Assembly (NCBI GenBank): GCA_016214655.1
Contig: JACROC010000006.1
Location: 21,377-85,376 of the forward strand
Direction: 5' to 3'
DNA: 64,000 nucleotides
Origin: Candidatus Harrisonbacteria bacterium
GTDB lineage: Bacteria > Patescibacteriota > Minisyncoccia > UBA6257 > 02-FULL-45-10c
The translations under genes were made by a program, and so were the position numbers. Under the pieces are notes generated by a model. It saw only the letters and a program-made list of their open reading frames with translations, was not told the DNA's origin and searched no databases. Positions within the stretch are counted from its first letter, which is position 1; the number at the start of each line of letters is the position of its first letter. This document shows, one piece after another, positions 29,385 through 38,056 of the stretch.

Positions 29385-30566
29385 ATGTCCCTAAAAATCA
29401 TGAAAAAAACAGCTAAACGCAAAATTTGTTTCCCGATAATGAATAAGATCCATTATGCCCGGCAGAAGCATCTTTTGACGCTTTTAAAAAATCATCCGAA
29501 GGCGGATCTTCAAATCGTTGCCGGAGGATCGGTGTTGCTGGAAAAATACGGTGAACGGTTTTTATCCGCAATCCAAGATGCCGGATTTACCGTGCAGGAT
29601 ACGCTCTATAATGTCATTGATGGCGGAAGCCATATTTCGATGGCAAAAACTGCTGGTTTAACTGCGCTGGAGTTTTCCAATTCTCTATATAAATTGAATC
29701 CGGACGTGGTGCTGATCCGCGGCGATCGTTTTGAGCAATTAGCAATTGCAATGACTGCCGCATATTTGAATAAAACTATTGCGCATATTGAAGGCGGGGA
29801 TGTGAGCGGGACGATTGACGAAAGCGTGCGCCATGCGATCACGAAATTGGCGCATATTCATTTTGTGACTAATGAAGACGCGCGCAAGCGGGTGATTCAG
29901 ATGGGAGAGAATCCCAAAATGGTTTTTAATGTCGGATCTCCGGATGCGGAGTTCGCGGCTTCGGTTGATAAAAAATTGGATGGCAGCGCGGTAAATCGAA
30001 TTGGCATCGGTGAAGAAATTGATTTAAGTAAACCGTTTTTGATGGTGATGCAGCATCCAGTCACAACGGAAAAGAATAACCGCGAGCATATGGAATTGAC
30101 GCTGAAAGCGGTGAATGAATTGAATATGCCGGCGATCTGGTTTTGGCCGAACAGCGATGCCGGGACAAATGAAATTTCCAAGGCAATCCGCGATTACCGT
30201 GAATCAGGAAAACTGACCAATGCGCAGGTAAGATTCGTGACTGATTTATTGCCAGAAGATTTTATTGCTTTATTGCGCCGCGCAAGTGTTCTGATCGGCA
30301 ATTCTTCGGCGGGCATTAAAGAATGTTCATATTTAGGTGTGCCGGTGGTGAACATCGGTACCCGGCAGAATAATCGTTTGCGCGGCCAGAACGTGCTGGA
30401 TGTAGGTTATAGCGTGAATGCGATTAAAAAGGCTATTCAGTCGCAGCTTGAGCACGGTAAATATCAGAGCTCGGATCTTTACTATAAACCGGACGGAAGT
30501 AAAAAAATGGCGGAAATTTTAACCACCGTTCCGCTTTATTCACAAAAGAAGTTCTACAATGTCTAA
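29385..30566 (+). CDS. neuC: UDP-N-acetylglucosamine 2-epimerase, NeuC-like (hydrolysing type)
   Basis: Epimerase_2 fold with HIEGGDVSGTIDESVRHAITKLAHIHFVTNE (compare the HxEGG motif of hydrolysing NeuC/SiaA). Confidence 0.7.
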   Translation: MSLKIMKKTAKRKICFPIMNKIHYARQKHLLTLLKNHPKADLQIVAGGSVLLEKYGERFLSAIQDAGFTVQDTLYNVIDGGSHISMAKTAGLTALEFSNSLYKLNPDVVLIRGDRFEQLAIAMTAAYLNKTIAHIEGGDVSGTIDESVRHAITKLAHIHFVTNEDARKRVIQMGENPKMVFNVGSPDAEFAASVDKKLDGSAVNRIGIGEEIDLSKPFLMVMQHPVTTEKNNREHMELTLKAVNELNMPAIWFWPNSDAGTNEISKAIRDYRESGKLTNAQVRFVTDLLPEDFIALLRRASVLIGNSSAGIKECSYLGVPVVNIGTRQNNRLRGQNVLDVGYSVNAIKKAIQSQLEHGKYQSSDLYYKPDGSKKMAEILTTVPLYSQKKFYNV

Positions 30567-31278
30567 GGTTCTTGGGGTTATTACTGCGCGAGGCGGTTCC
30601 AAGGGAGTTCCCGGGAAAAATATTAAATTATTATCAGGAAAGCCGCTTATTGCATATACTATCGCAGCCGCCAAAAATTCTGGCATTTTGGACAGGCTGA
30701 TTTTATCTACCGACGATTCCAGTATTGCGGCGGTTGCAAAAAAATGCGGCTGTGAAGTGCCGTTTATGCGGCCGAAAGAAATTGCTCAAGATGAAACCTC
30801 GCATTTGCCAGTAATACAGCATGCGGTCCAGTGGCTTAAAGACAATGAAAATTACTGGCCGGATTATGTGATGATTTTGCAGCCAACTTCGCCTTTGCGG
30901 CAGGCATTCCATATCAAAGAAGCGGCGGATCTTATTGTGAAAAGCGGGGCCGATTCGGTATTAAGCGTAGCGGAGATTCCGGAGAATTTCAGTCCTTATA
31001 AGGCGATGGTCGTGGAGAATGGCGAATTAAGATTGTTCAATGGGAATCCGGTACGGAAACGAATGGCGCGCCGGCAGGATCTCGGAAAAACTTATTGGAG
31101 TATCGGATCAATTTATCTTTTTAGAACCGAATTGCTTTTTGATAAAAATGAGCCGAATTTCTACGGCGATAAAGTTATGCCGTACGTTATTGAAGATAAA
31201 TACCTGGTTGATATTAATGTTCCGGAAGATTGGGAAAAAGCCGAAAGAGCCCTTAATAATCTAAACCCTAAACCCTAA
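30559..31278 (+). CDS. neuA: acylneuraminate (CMP-nonulosonic acid) cytidylyltransferase
   Basis: VLGVITARGGSKGVPGKNIKLLSGKPLIAYTIAAA...STDDSSIAAVAKKCGCEV. Confidence 0.8.
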   Translation: MSKVLGVITARGGSKGVPGKNIKLLSGKPLIAYTIAAAKNSGILDRLILSTDDSSIAAVAKKCGCEVPFMRPKEIAQDETSHLPVIQHAVQWLKDNENYWPDYVMILQPTSPLRQAFHIKEAADLIVKSGADSVLSVAEIPENFSPYKAMVVENGELRLFNGNPVRKRMARRQDLGKTYWSIGSIYLFRTELLFDKNEPNFYGDKVMPYVIEDKYLVDINVPEDWEKAERALNNLNPKP

Positions 31279-31292
31279 ACCCTATTTTATCC

Positions 31293-32228
31293 ATGGTTAC
31301 TCTCATTACCGAACCAAAAGATTATTCTGAAAAAGCTCTAGATATTTATCGATCAATGGGGAGGGTTTATTTTGGCGGGACGCCAAGAGAAGATGCGGAG
31401 ATTTTAGTAGTTCGTCTCGGTTATAAAATTGACAGGCTTTGGATGGATAAAGTGCCGAATCTAAAGATAATTGCCACGCCGACGACTGGATTGAATCATA
31501 TTGATTTGAAGGAGGCGGAAAAACGCGGCATAAAAATAATTTCTTTGCGCGGGCACACCGGTTTTTTGAGCCGTATTACTTCTACCGCCGAAGAGACGTT
31601 GGCCTTGATGTTGGCTTTGGTGCGGAAATTGCCCTGGGCTTTTGATGATGTGAAAAGGGGAAACTGGAATCGGGATGCATTTAAGGGTCATCAATTAGCG
31701 GAAAAAACTTTGGGCATTTTAGGTCTTGGTCGTTTAGGGAAGATAATGGCGAGATATGGCCAGGCGCTCGGCATGCGAGTGATCGCATCGGATCCAAATG
31801 TCGGTGTTGATGAAATGAAGCAGTTGGGAGTTGAGCGCGTTGCAATGGAAGAACTTTTCCGCTTGTCGGATGTGCTTTCGATTCATGTATTGTTAACTGA
31901 TGAAACTAAAAATTTAGTTAAGGAACATCATTTGAAGTTAATGAAGCCTGAAGCGGTATTGATTAATACGGCCAGGGCGGAAATTATTGAGAAGGGCGCA
32001 TTGGAAAAAGCATTAAAAGAGAAATGGATTGCCGGCGCGGCAGTGGACGTCATGTGGGATGAGCAGGGTAATGGCGGGCATCTGAAAAATAACGAACTTC
32101 TAGAATACGCAAAAAATAACAACAATCTTTTAATTTCCCCGCATTTTGGCGGAGCCACCTATGAAGCCATGCAGATTACGGAGGAGTTCATTGCCGATTT
32201 GGTAAAAAAAGAATCAGCCAAATTATGA
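31293..32228 (+). CDS. D-isomer-specific 2-hydroxyacid dehydrogenase-family protein (NAD-binding)
   Basis: LGILGLGRLGKIMARYGQALGMRVIASDP (GxGxxG) plus the catalytic-domain arrangement of PGDH/formate-DH-like enzymes. Confidence 0.7.
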   Translation: MVTLITEPKDYSEKALDIYRSMGRVYFGGTPREDAEILVVRLGYKIDRLWMDKVPNLKIIATPTTGLNHIDLKEAEKRGIKIISLRGHTGFLSRITSTAEETLALMLALVRKLPWAFDDVKRGNWNRDAFKGHQLAEKTLGILGLGRLGKIMARYGQALGMRVIASDPNVGVDEMKQLGVERVAMEELFRLSDVLSIHVLLTDETKNLVKEHHLKLMKPEAVLINTARAEIIEKGALEKALKEKWIAGAAVDVMWDEQGNGGHLKNNELLEYAKNNNNLLISPHFGGATYEAMQITEEFIADLVKKESAKL

Positions 32229-33346
32229 CCGCATCCGAAAAAATTTGGGAGAAAATAGAAAAAGGGGTATTTATTATTGCTGAAGCAGGCAAGAATTTTA
32301 TTCAAACCGCGGATGACCGGCTGGTGGAAGAATATTTGAAAAACGCGAAAGAATTAGTCGATCGGGCGGTCTGGGCCGGCGCGGACGCAATTAAATTTCA
32401 AACCCATAGCGTTGAAGATGAGCAATTAAATATTGAAATTGTTTCACCCCATTTTAAAGGATTAGACCGGTATCAATGGGTGCGCCGGAATACTTTGGCA
32501 ACGCCGGTAAATGAATTTTGGCGGCCATTAAAGGATTACTGCGAACAGAAAGGAATTGTGTTTTTCTCGACGCCCATGAGCCGCGGCGCCGCCATGCGGC
32601 TTTCCGAAGTCGGGGTTCCGCTTTGGAAGATCGGCTCCGGAGATATATTGGATTTTGTGTGCATGGATTATCTGCGCGCCACGGATATTCCGGTTATTAT
32701 GTCTTCCGGCATGAGTACGCTGGAGGAAGTCCGGAAAGGAATTGATTTTTTGCGCGCGAAAAATCCGCGCGTAGCCCTTATGCATGCGTTATCAAAATAC
32801 CCCGGTCTTCCGGAGGAGGCGAATCTGGCAGTCATGCAGTTATTCCAAGAAAGTTTTCCAGGAGTTCCGATTGGGTTCTCTGAAAATTCTGTAGGTATTG
32901 AGCCGTCACTGCTTGCAGTTGCCTTAGGAGCGACGATTATTGAAAAGCATTTTACTTTACGGCGCGATTTATGGGGTTCAGATCACAAAGTTTCTTCCAC
33001 GCCGGAAGAATTTAAGGAATTGGTCGCGGCAATTAGAAAAATCGAAAATAGTTCGGAAGAAAAGGATCGCTGGATAAATTATCCGAACCTTTCCGCAGTA
33101 CTCGGAAAGAAAGAAAAAATTCTTCAAAAAGACGAGGCGGAATTCAGGCCGATTTTCAGGAAATCGCTGATGGCTGGGATGGATCTTACGGCGGGAACGG
33201 TATTAGAACCGAAAATGCTTTATGCGATGCGCCCGCAAAAGTATGCCGGCGGGCTGCCGTCGGAAGATTATGAAGAAGTTCTTGGAAAGCGGATTAAAAT
33301 TCCGTTAAAAAAATTTGACCCGATTACCAAAATGGTATTAGAATAA
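32225..33346 (+). CDS. neuB: NeuB-family nonulosonic acid synthase with C-terminal SAF domain
   Basis: FIIAEAGKNFIQ...AGADAIKFQTH... TIM-barrel plus a C-terminal SAF-like segment (LMAGMDLTAGTVLEPKMLYAMRP). Confidence 0.8.
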   Translation: MTASEKIWEKIEKGVFIIAEAGKNFIQTADDRLVEEYLKNAKELVDRAVWAGADAIKFQTHSVEDEQLNIEIVSPHFKGLDRYQWVRRNTLATPVNEFWRPLKDYCEQKGIVFFSTPMSRGAAMRLSEVGVPLWKIGSGDILDFVCMDYLRATDIPVIMSSGMSTLEEVRKGIDFLRAKNPRVALMHALSKYPGLPEEANLAVMQLFQESFPGVPIGFSENSVGIEPSLLAVALGATIIEKHFTLRRDLWGSDHKVSSTPEEFKELVAAIRKIENSSEEKDRWINYPNLSAVLGKKEKILQKDEAEFRPIFRKSLMAGMDLTAGTVLEPKMLYAMRPQKYAGGLPSEDYEEVLGKRIKIPLKKFDPITKMVLE

Positions 33347-33390
33347 ATAAACTCGTTACATTTTTTTAATCAAGGGTGTTGTATTAGTGT

Positions 33391-34308
33391 ATGAATAACA
33401 CATTAAAAATCGGAATTGCCGGCGTCGGCTGGGTCGGCGCCCAGCTCAAAAAATATTTTGAAGAAGTTAGGGATTTTAAGGTCGGGGAGAATTTACTATT
33501 GTATGATATTTTACCCGAAAAATGCGCTGGCAATATAGAAGATGCAGATGTTATTTTCGTAACTCTGCCCACGCCGCGAAGTCGGAATGACGGATCCTGC
33601 AATATCTCTATTGTTACGTCCGCGATTGCTAAGCTGGATGAATTAAGCAAGGACTCTTCGAAAATTATCGTCATTAAATCCACTGTCCCCCCGGGTACGA
33701 CAGAAGATTTCCAGAAAAAGTATCCGCGCCACAAGTTTTTATTCAATCCGGAATTTCTTACCGAGAGCCGCGCCTGGGAAGATATGATGCGGCCGGACCG
33801 GCAGATTATCGGTTATACCGAACATAGTTTGGATGCGGCCCAATTAGTTCTTTCTTTGCTTCCCAAGGCGCCGTTTATGTCGCCATGGGGAACGGGAACA
33901 TATCATCAGACTCGGATCAGTGCGACTGAGGCTGAATTCATAAAATACGCTGGCAACCTTCATTTTGTCCGGAAGGTGAATTGGGCGAATGCACTGGCGC
34001 GTGCGGCGGAAAAAATGGGCGTGAATTACGAGAATGTCCGGAAGGGTATGGCGGCAGACCACCGGATCGGCGATTCTCACTTGGATGTGCATCATGGCGG
34101 CTACCGGGGCTGGGGAGGATCCTGTTTCCCAAAAGATTTAGATGCATTTATACAATTTGCAAAAAGTGAGGGCCTTTCTGAAGTTGAAACTCTTCTTATG
34201 TCGGACCGCAATTTTAATGAAACTCTTTTACAGGAACAGGGACTTTCTTTAGAGCTGGTAAGCGACCATATTGATAAGCTTGCGGAGAAATTAAAGAAGA
34301 AAGCTTAG
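33391..34308 (+). CDS. UDP-glucose/GDP-mannose dehydrogenase-family protein lacking the C-terminal nucleotide-sugar-binding domain
   Basis: IGIAGVGWVG, IVIKSTVPPGTT, NPEFLTES, EAEFIKYAGN and the catalytic GGSCFPKD are all present. The protein ends about 55 aa after the catalytic Cys at 305 aa; canonical members are about 390-450 aa. Confidence 0.55.
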   Translation: MNNTLKIGIAGVGWVGAQLKKYFEEVRDFKVGENLLLYDILPEKCAGNIEDADVIFVTLPTPRSRNDGSCNISIVTSAIAKLDELSKDSSKIIVIKSTVPPGTTEDFQKKYPRHKFLFNPEFLTESRAWEDMMRPDRQIIGYTEHSLDAAQLVLSLLPKAPFMSPWGTGTYHQTRISATEAEFIKYAGNLHFVRKVNWANALARAAEKMGVNYENVRKGMAADHRIGDSHLDVHHGGYRGWGGSCFPKDLDAFIQFAKSEGLSEVETLLMSDRNFNETLLQEQGLSLELVSDHIDKLAEKLKKKA

Positions 34309-34382
34309 AAACTAGTTTTGTTTGCAGATTTGGATTGGATATAATAGAGTTAAAATTGCGTAAGGAAACGCAATTTTATTTT

Positions 34383-36590
34383 ATGAGCAATACTGCGTAC
34401 AAAAATTTCGCACTTTTTATAATAAAAGCCGGAGCTTTTATTATCCCATTGATACCGCTTTATATTGCCAATTCTCTATTTTTCCCATATATAACCGGCA
34501 AGGCGTTTATTTTCCGGATATTGGTGGAAATCATTTTTGCGGCTTGGGTATGGCTGGCGATTTTCTATCCGGAATATCGTCCGCAGAAGACTCCGCTTCT
34601 CATTGCCGCATCACTTTTTTTTGCCGCAGTCGTTTTAGCAACTATTTTGGGCATCAATCCAGCAAGGAGTTTTTGGTCCAATTATGAAAGGATGGAAGGG
34701 TTAGTCGCATATCTCCATCTCTTTGCCTATTTTTTGGTTTTAGGGCATGTATTTAAAAAATCCAATTGGATCATATTTTTCAACGCATTCGTATTGGCCG
34801 GCCTGGCGGAAAATATTTATGCGCTTATTCAGAAACTTGGTTATTTGCCTTCGCCGCAAGGCGGATTTAGGGTGGACGGGACAATCGGCAATCCGACGTA
34901 CCTTGCCGCTTATCTTATTTTTGTGATGGCATTCAGCGGCTGGTTATTTTTGCAGACTGCAAACAAATTCGCGAGATATTTTTACGGCGCCATGGCTGCG
35001 TTTTCTCTGTTAAGCATTTATTTCACCGCGACGCGGGGCGTGGCGGTGGCGTTGGTGGCTGGCGGTATTGCGGGAATCCTATTCTATTTGTCGTTAGTCC
35101 GGGCAATGGATTATAAGCAGCGATGGTATCGAAAATTGGCAATAGCCGGATTGGTGCTGATTTTGTTGGGCTCTTTCTCGGTTAAAATATTCAAGGATTC
35201 ATCGGTGGTCAAAAATAGCGAAGTACTTTCTCGGTTCGCCTCAATTTCTTTTTCTGAGGCGAGGACGAGGTTTACGATTTGGAAGATGGGTTTTGCCGGC
35301 GTGAAGGAAAAGCCGGTTCTTGGTTGGGGGCCGGAAAATTACCCGGTTATCTTTGCAAAGTTTTATAATCCAAGCCTCTATTCTCAAGAACCCTGGTTTG
35401 ACCGTTCCCATAATATTATTTTGGATTGGCTTATTAACGCCGGTATATTAGGTCTTTTTTCTTATCTGAGTATTTTAATAATTGCCGGTTATATAGTTTG
35501 GAAATCATATCGCCGTGGGCGGCTCCCGGCAGAAGAAACGATTTTACTGCTGGTACTTTTATTGGTTTATTTTTTGCAAAATCTTTTTGTTTTTGACCAA
35601 ATCGCAACGTACATTAGTTATTTCGCGGTTCTTGCCTATATTCATAATGTTGCGATTTCTGCCGAGATCCATAAGGAAAAGATTAAGCCGTCTATCCGGT
35701 CGTCAGTTGATGCAGCTAATTATGGACCAATCGCAGCCGGTTTTTTGTTGATTCCGCTGGTGCTGGTGGTTTATTTCATAAATGCCAGGCCATTTTTTGC
35801 TAATAAGAGCTTGCTTAATTCTTTAAAACTTCAAAACCTTCAGGATTTCGAAGGGGCCTTTAAGGGTTATGGACAGGCTTTATCGTATAATACGCTTGGC
35901 AATCAGGAAGTCCGGGAACAATTTGTCCGCTTTGCGGTTAATGCCGGAGCGCTTTCGGGAGTTAGTGCGGAATTTAAGAATAAAATTCTTAGCCGGGCCA
36001 TTGAAGAAGCTGAGGGGGGGGTAAAAGAAAATCTTTTGGATCCGCGGGCCTATCTTTTCTTGGGTTCTATCTACAGCCGGGTTGGGTTAATAGATCCTGC
36101 GATTCAGGTTTTGAACAGGGCGGTGGAATTGTCTCCCAGGAAACAGCAAATTTATTTTGAGTTAGCAGATGCTTATCTTAAAAAAGGAGAAAACGCCAAT
36201 GCGGTTAGGGCCCTGGAGAAATCTTTTAATGATGCTCCGGCCTTTGACCAAGCCAGAATGAATTTAGTGGCCGCTTATATTCTAAATAATCAGCAAGATA
36301 AAGCGGATCAGCTGCTTTTGGAGGCTTATAAAAAAGTTAATATTCCGGATCAGCTCCTGGTGCAGGTTTATTCCGTGACAAAAAATTATGAACGGCTGCT
36401 CGGCATTTGGCAGGCTTTTGCCGGTTCTGATCCCGCCAACGTTGAATACCGGAAGCGTTTGGCTGCCGCTTATCTCTTGGTTAATCAGAAAGATGCGGCC
36501 GTCAGCGAATTGGAAGAGGCCATCCGCCTCAGTCCCGGATTCAAGTCCGAAGGCGAAGCGTTAATTGCGGAAATTAGAAAAGGAAAATAA
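34383..36590 (+). CDS. Wzy_C (O-antigen ligase/polymerase-like) polytopic membrane protein fused to C-terminal TPR repeats
   Basis: About 12 TM helices with the Wzy_C-type loop ...YFTATRGVAVALVAGG... C-terminal ~280 aa are TPR-like (LGSIYSRVGLIDPAIQVLNRAVELSP..., AYLLVNQKDAAVSELEEAIRLSPG). ATG at 34383. Confidence 0.55.
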   Translation: MSNTAYKNFALFIIKAGAFIIPLIPLYIANSLFFPYITGKAFIFRILVEIIFAAWVWLAIFYPEYRPQKTPLLIAASLFFAAVVLATILGINPARSFWSNYERMEGLVAYLHLFAYFLVLGHVFKKSNWIIFFNAFVLAGLAENIYALIQKLGYLPSPQGGFRVDGTIGNPTYLAAYLIFVMAFSGWLFLQTANKFARYFYGAMAAFSLLSIYFTATRGVAVALVAGGIAGILFYLSLVRAMDYKQRWYRKLAIAGLVLILLGSFSVKIFKDSSVVKNSEVLSRFASISFSEARTRFTIWKMGFAGVKEKPVLGWGPENYPVIFAKFYNPSLYSQEPWFDRSHNIILDWLINAGILGLFSYLSILIIAGYIVWKSYRRGRLPAEETILLLVLLLVYFLQNLFVFDQIATYISYFAVLAYIHNVAISAEIHKEKIKPSIRSSVDAANYGPIAAGFLLIPLVLVVYFINARPFFANKSLLNSLKLQNLQDFEGAFKGYGQALSYNTLGNQEVREQFVRFAVNAGALSGVSAEFKNKILSRAIEEAEGGVKENLLDPRAYLFLGSIYSRVGLIDPAIQVLNRAVELSPRKQQIYFELADAYLKKGENANAVRALEKSFNDAPAFDQARMNLVAAYILNNQQDKADQLLLEAYKKVNIPDQLLVQVYSVTKNYERLLGIWQAFAGSDPANVEYRKRLAAAYLLVNQKDAAVSELEEAIRLSPGFKSEGEALIAEIRKGK

Positions 36591-38009
36591 TTCTTCTTTT
36601 TGGAATTTTAAAATCAGCAGATAGGCGATTATCGCGATCCCTAGGTTGAAGATTAAATTCAGGCCAAGGGTTTTAAGCAGGGCAGTTGTAATTGCCGTCA
36701 AAACTGCCGCTGTTAGCGGTTTTTTGATTTTATTCCAGATTTCAAATTCGCTTATCTCCTTTAGTTTTTTCCACATTAGAGAGTTGGCAATTATTTGGGT
36801 GAAGAGTGTGGCGGCCGCGCAGCCGGCGATGCCGAAAGATGGGATTAAAAGGAAATTAAAGAAAACATTGCCGATGGTTCCCACTAACGAAAAAGCAATG
36901 AATCTTTTCTGCTGGTCATGCGCCAGGATGGCGTTGTTGATAATTGCCGACGGGAAGACTATTAAAATGGTTCCCAGTAAAATTTGAAAAGAAGCAATGG
37001 AATTTTGGTAAGCCGGGCCAAAAAATAAATTAATAAGCTGATCGCCAAGAATAATTCCGCCAAAAGTTATCGGCAGAGCAGCCAAGAAAACTATCTTCAA
37101 AGAATTTTCCAGAATTTTTTTGAATTCTTCCCGGCTGGTTTTGGCTAATTTGGTAAATACGGGAAATAAGCTGACTGCAAATAGAGCCGGTAAGATATAT
37201 AAGAATTGAACTGGTCGCTGGGCAGCTGAATAAAATCCTAATTCTTCTGGGGTGCGCAGCCAGCCTAGCATGACGATGTCGGTATTTATCATAATTGCGC
37301 CAAGGGATCCGGCGAGCGCTATCGGCCAGGCCATTTCCAAAATTGGCTTGACGAGCTGGTAGTCAAAATGGGTCAGGAGACTGCTGAAGTAAGGTTTCAG
37401 CCGCCAGACGATTAATAAAAACCCGATTGCAGTGGCAATGGCATAGCTGATAGTCAGGTTGAGGCTGTTGGGATAGAACCATAAGAAAAGGAAGCCTAAG
37501 ACGGAAATGGCAACGTTGGTTAAAGTTTCATTTATGCCTTCCCACTGCATTTTTTCCTTGGCCCGGCCGAGGGTAAAACCGAAATTTCTCAAGCTGTCAA
37601 AAATCAAAATTAAAGCGGCAACCGGCAAAAGCGATTTTACCTCCTCGATTTTAGTGATAATCGGAGCGCCGAAGATTAGTAATACGGCACCGAGCATTAA
37701 AAGTACTGATTTTATGAAAAAGGCCGTGGAAAAATATTTGTTGCTGACCTCCGGGCTTTTGGCGGATTCTCTTGTTACAATGGCGCTTATGCCGATATCG
37801 GTAAAAATGGTTAAAAAGGCCACTAAGCTGGTGGCGTAAGAAAAAGCGCCCCAGCTGGCTGGTCCGAGAATTCTGGCGGCATAGATGATAATGGCGACCC
37901 TCGCCAGCCGCCCGAAAATCTGCCCGAAAAATAGCCAGAAAGTATTTTTAGCGATGGACTGGTGGAGATTTTGATTTTCGAAAAGCAGATTTTTGATTCG
38001 CGAAAACAT
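36561..38009 (-). CDS. Wzx-type flippase (MOP superfamily, Polysacc_synt)
   Basis: 482 aa, 12-14 TM, N-terminus ...LLFENQNLHQSIAKNTFWLFFGQIFGRLARVAIIIYAARILG... typical of Wzx/RfbX. 3' end overlaps the convergent upstream gene by about 30 nt. Confidence 0.65.
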   Translation of the reverse strand: MFSRIKNLLFENQNLHQSIAKNTFWLFFGQIFGRLARVAIIIYAARILGPASWGAFSYATSLVAFLTIFTDIGISAIVTRESAKSPEVSNKYFSTAFFIKSVLLMLGAVLLIFGAPIITKIEEVKSLLPVAALILIFDSLRNFGFTLGRAKEKMQWEGINETLTNVAISVLGFLFLWFYPNSLNLTISYAIATAIGFLLIVWRLKPYFSSLLTHFDYQLVKPILEMAWPIALAGSLGAIMINTDIVMLGWLRTPEELGFYSAAQRPVQFLYILPALFAVSLFPVFTKLAKTSREEFKKILENSLKIVFLAALPITFGGIILGDQLINLFFGPAYQNSIASFQILLGTILIVFPSAIINNAILAHDQQKRFIAFSLVGTIGNVFFNFLLIPSFGIAGCAAATLFTQIIANSLMWKKLKEISEFEIWNKIKKPLTAAVLTAITTALLKTLGLNLIFNLGIAIIAYLLILKFQKEELFSFSNFRN

Positions 38010-38056
38010 ATTAAAAAGCTCTGCCTGTTTGTCGTACGGCAGATAAGCAGAGATTA

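Noticed and set aside
31263-31283. (AAACCCT)x3 plant-telomere-like heptamer run at the 3' end of the NeuA-like gene, with a similar ccctaaccctaaacccc run at 49468-49495 inside the SpoU methyltransferase gene
   Set aside because: Only 3 units each, both inside coding sequence and both encoding N-P-K-P. Most likely a coincidental codon-level repeat, not a telomeric or structural element.
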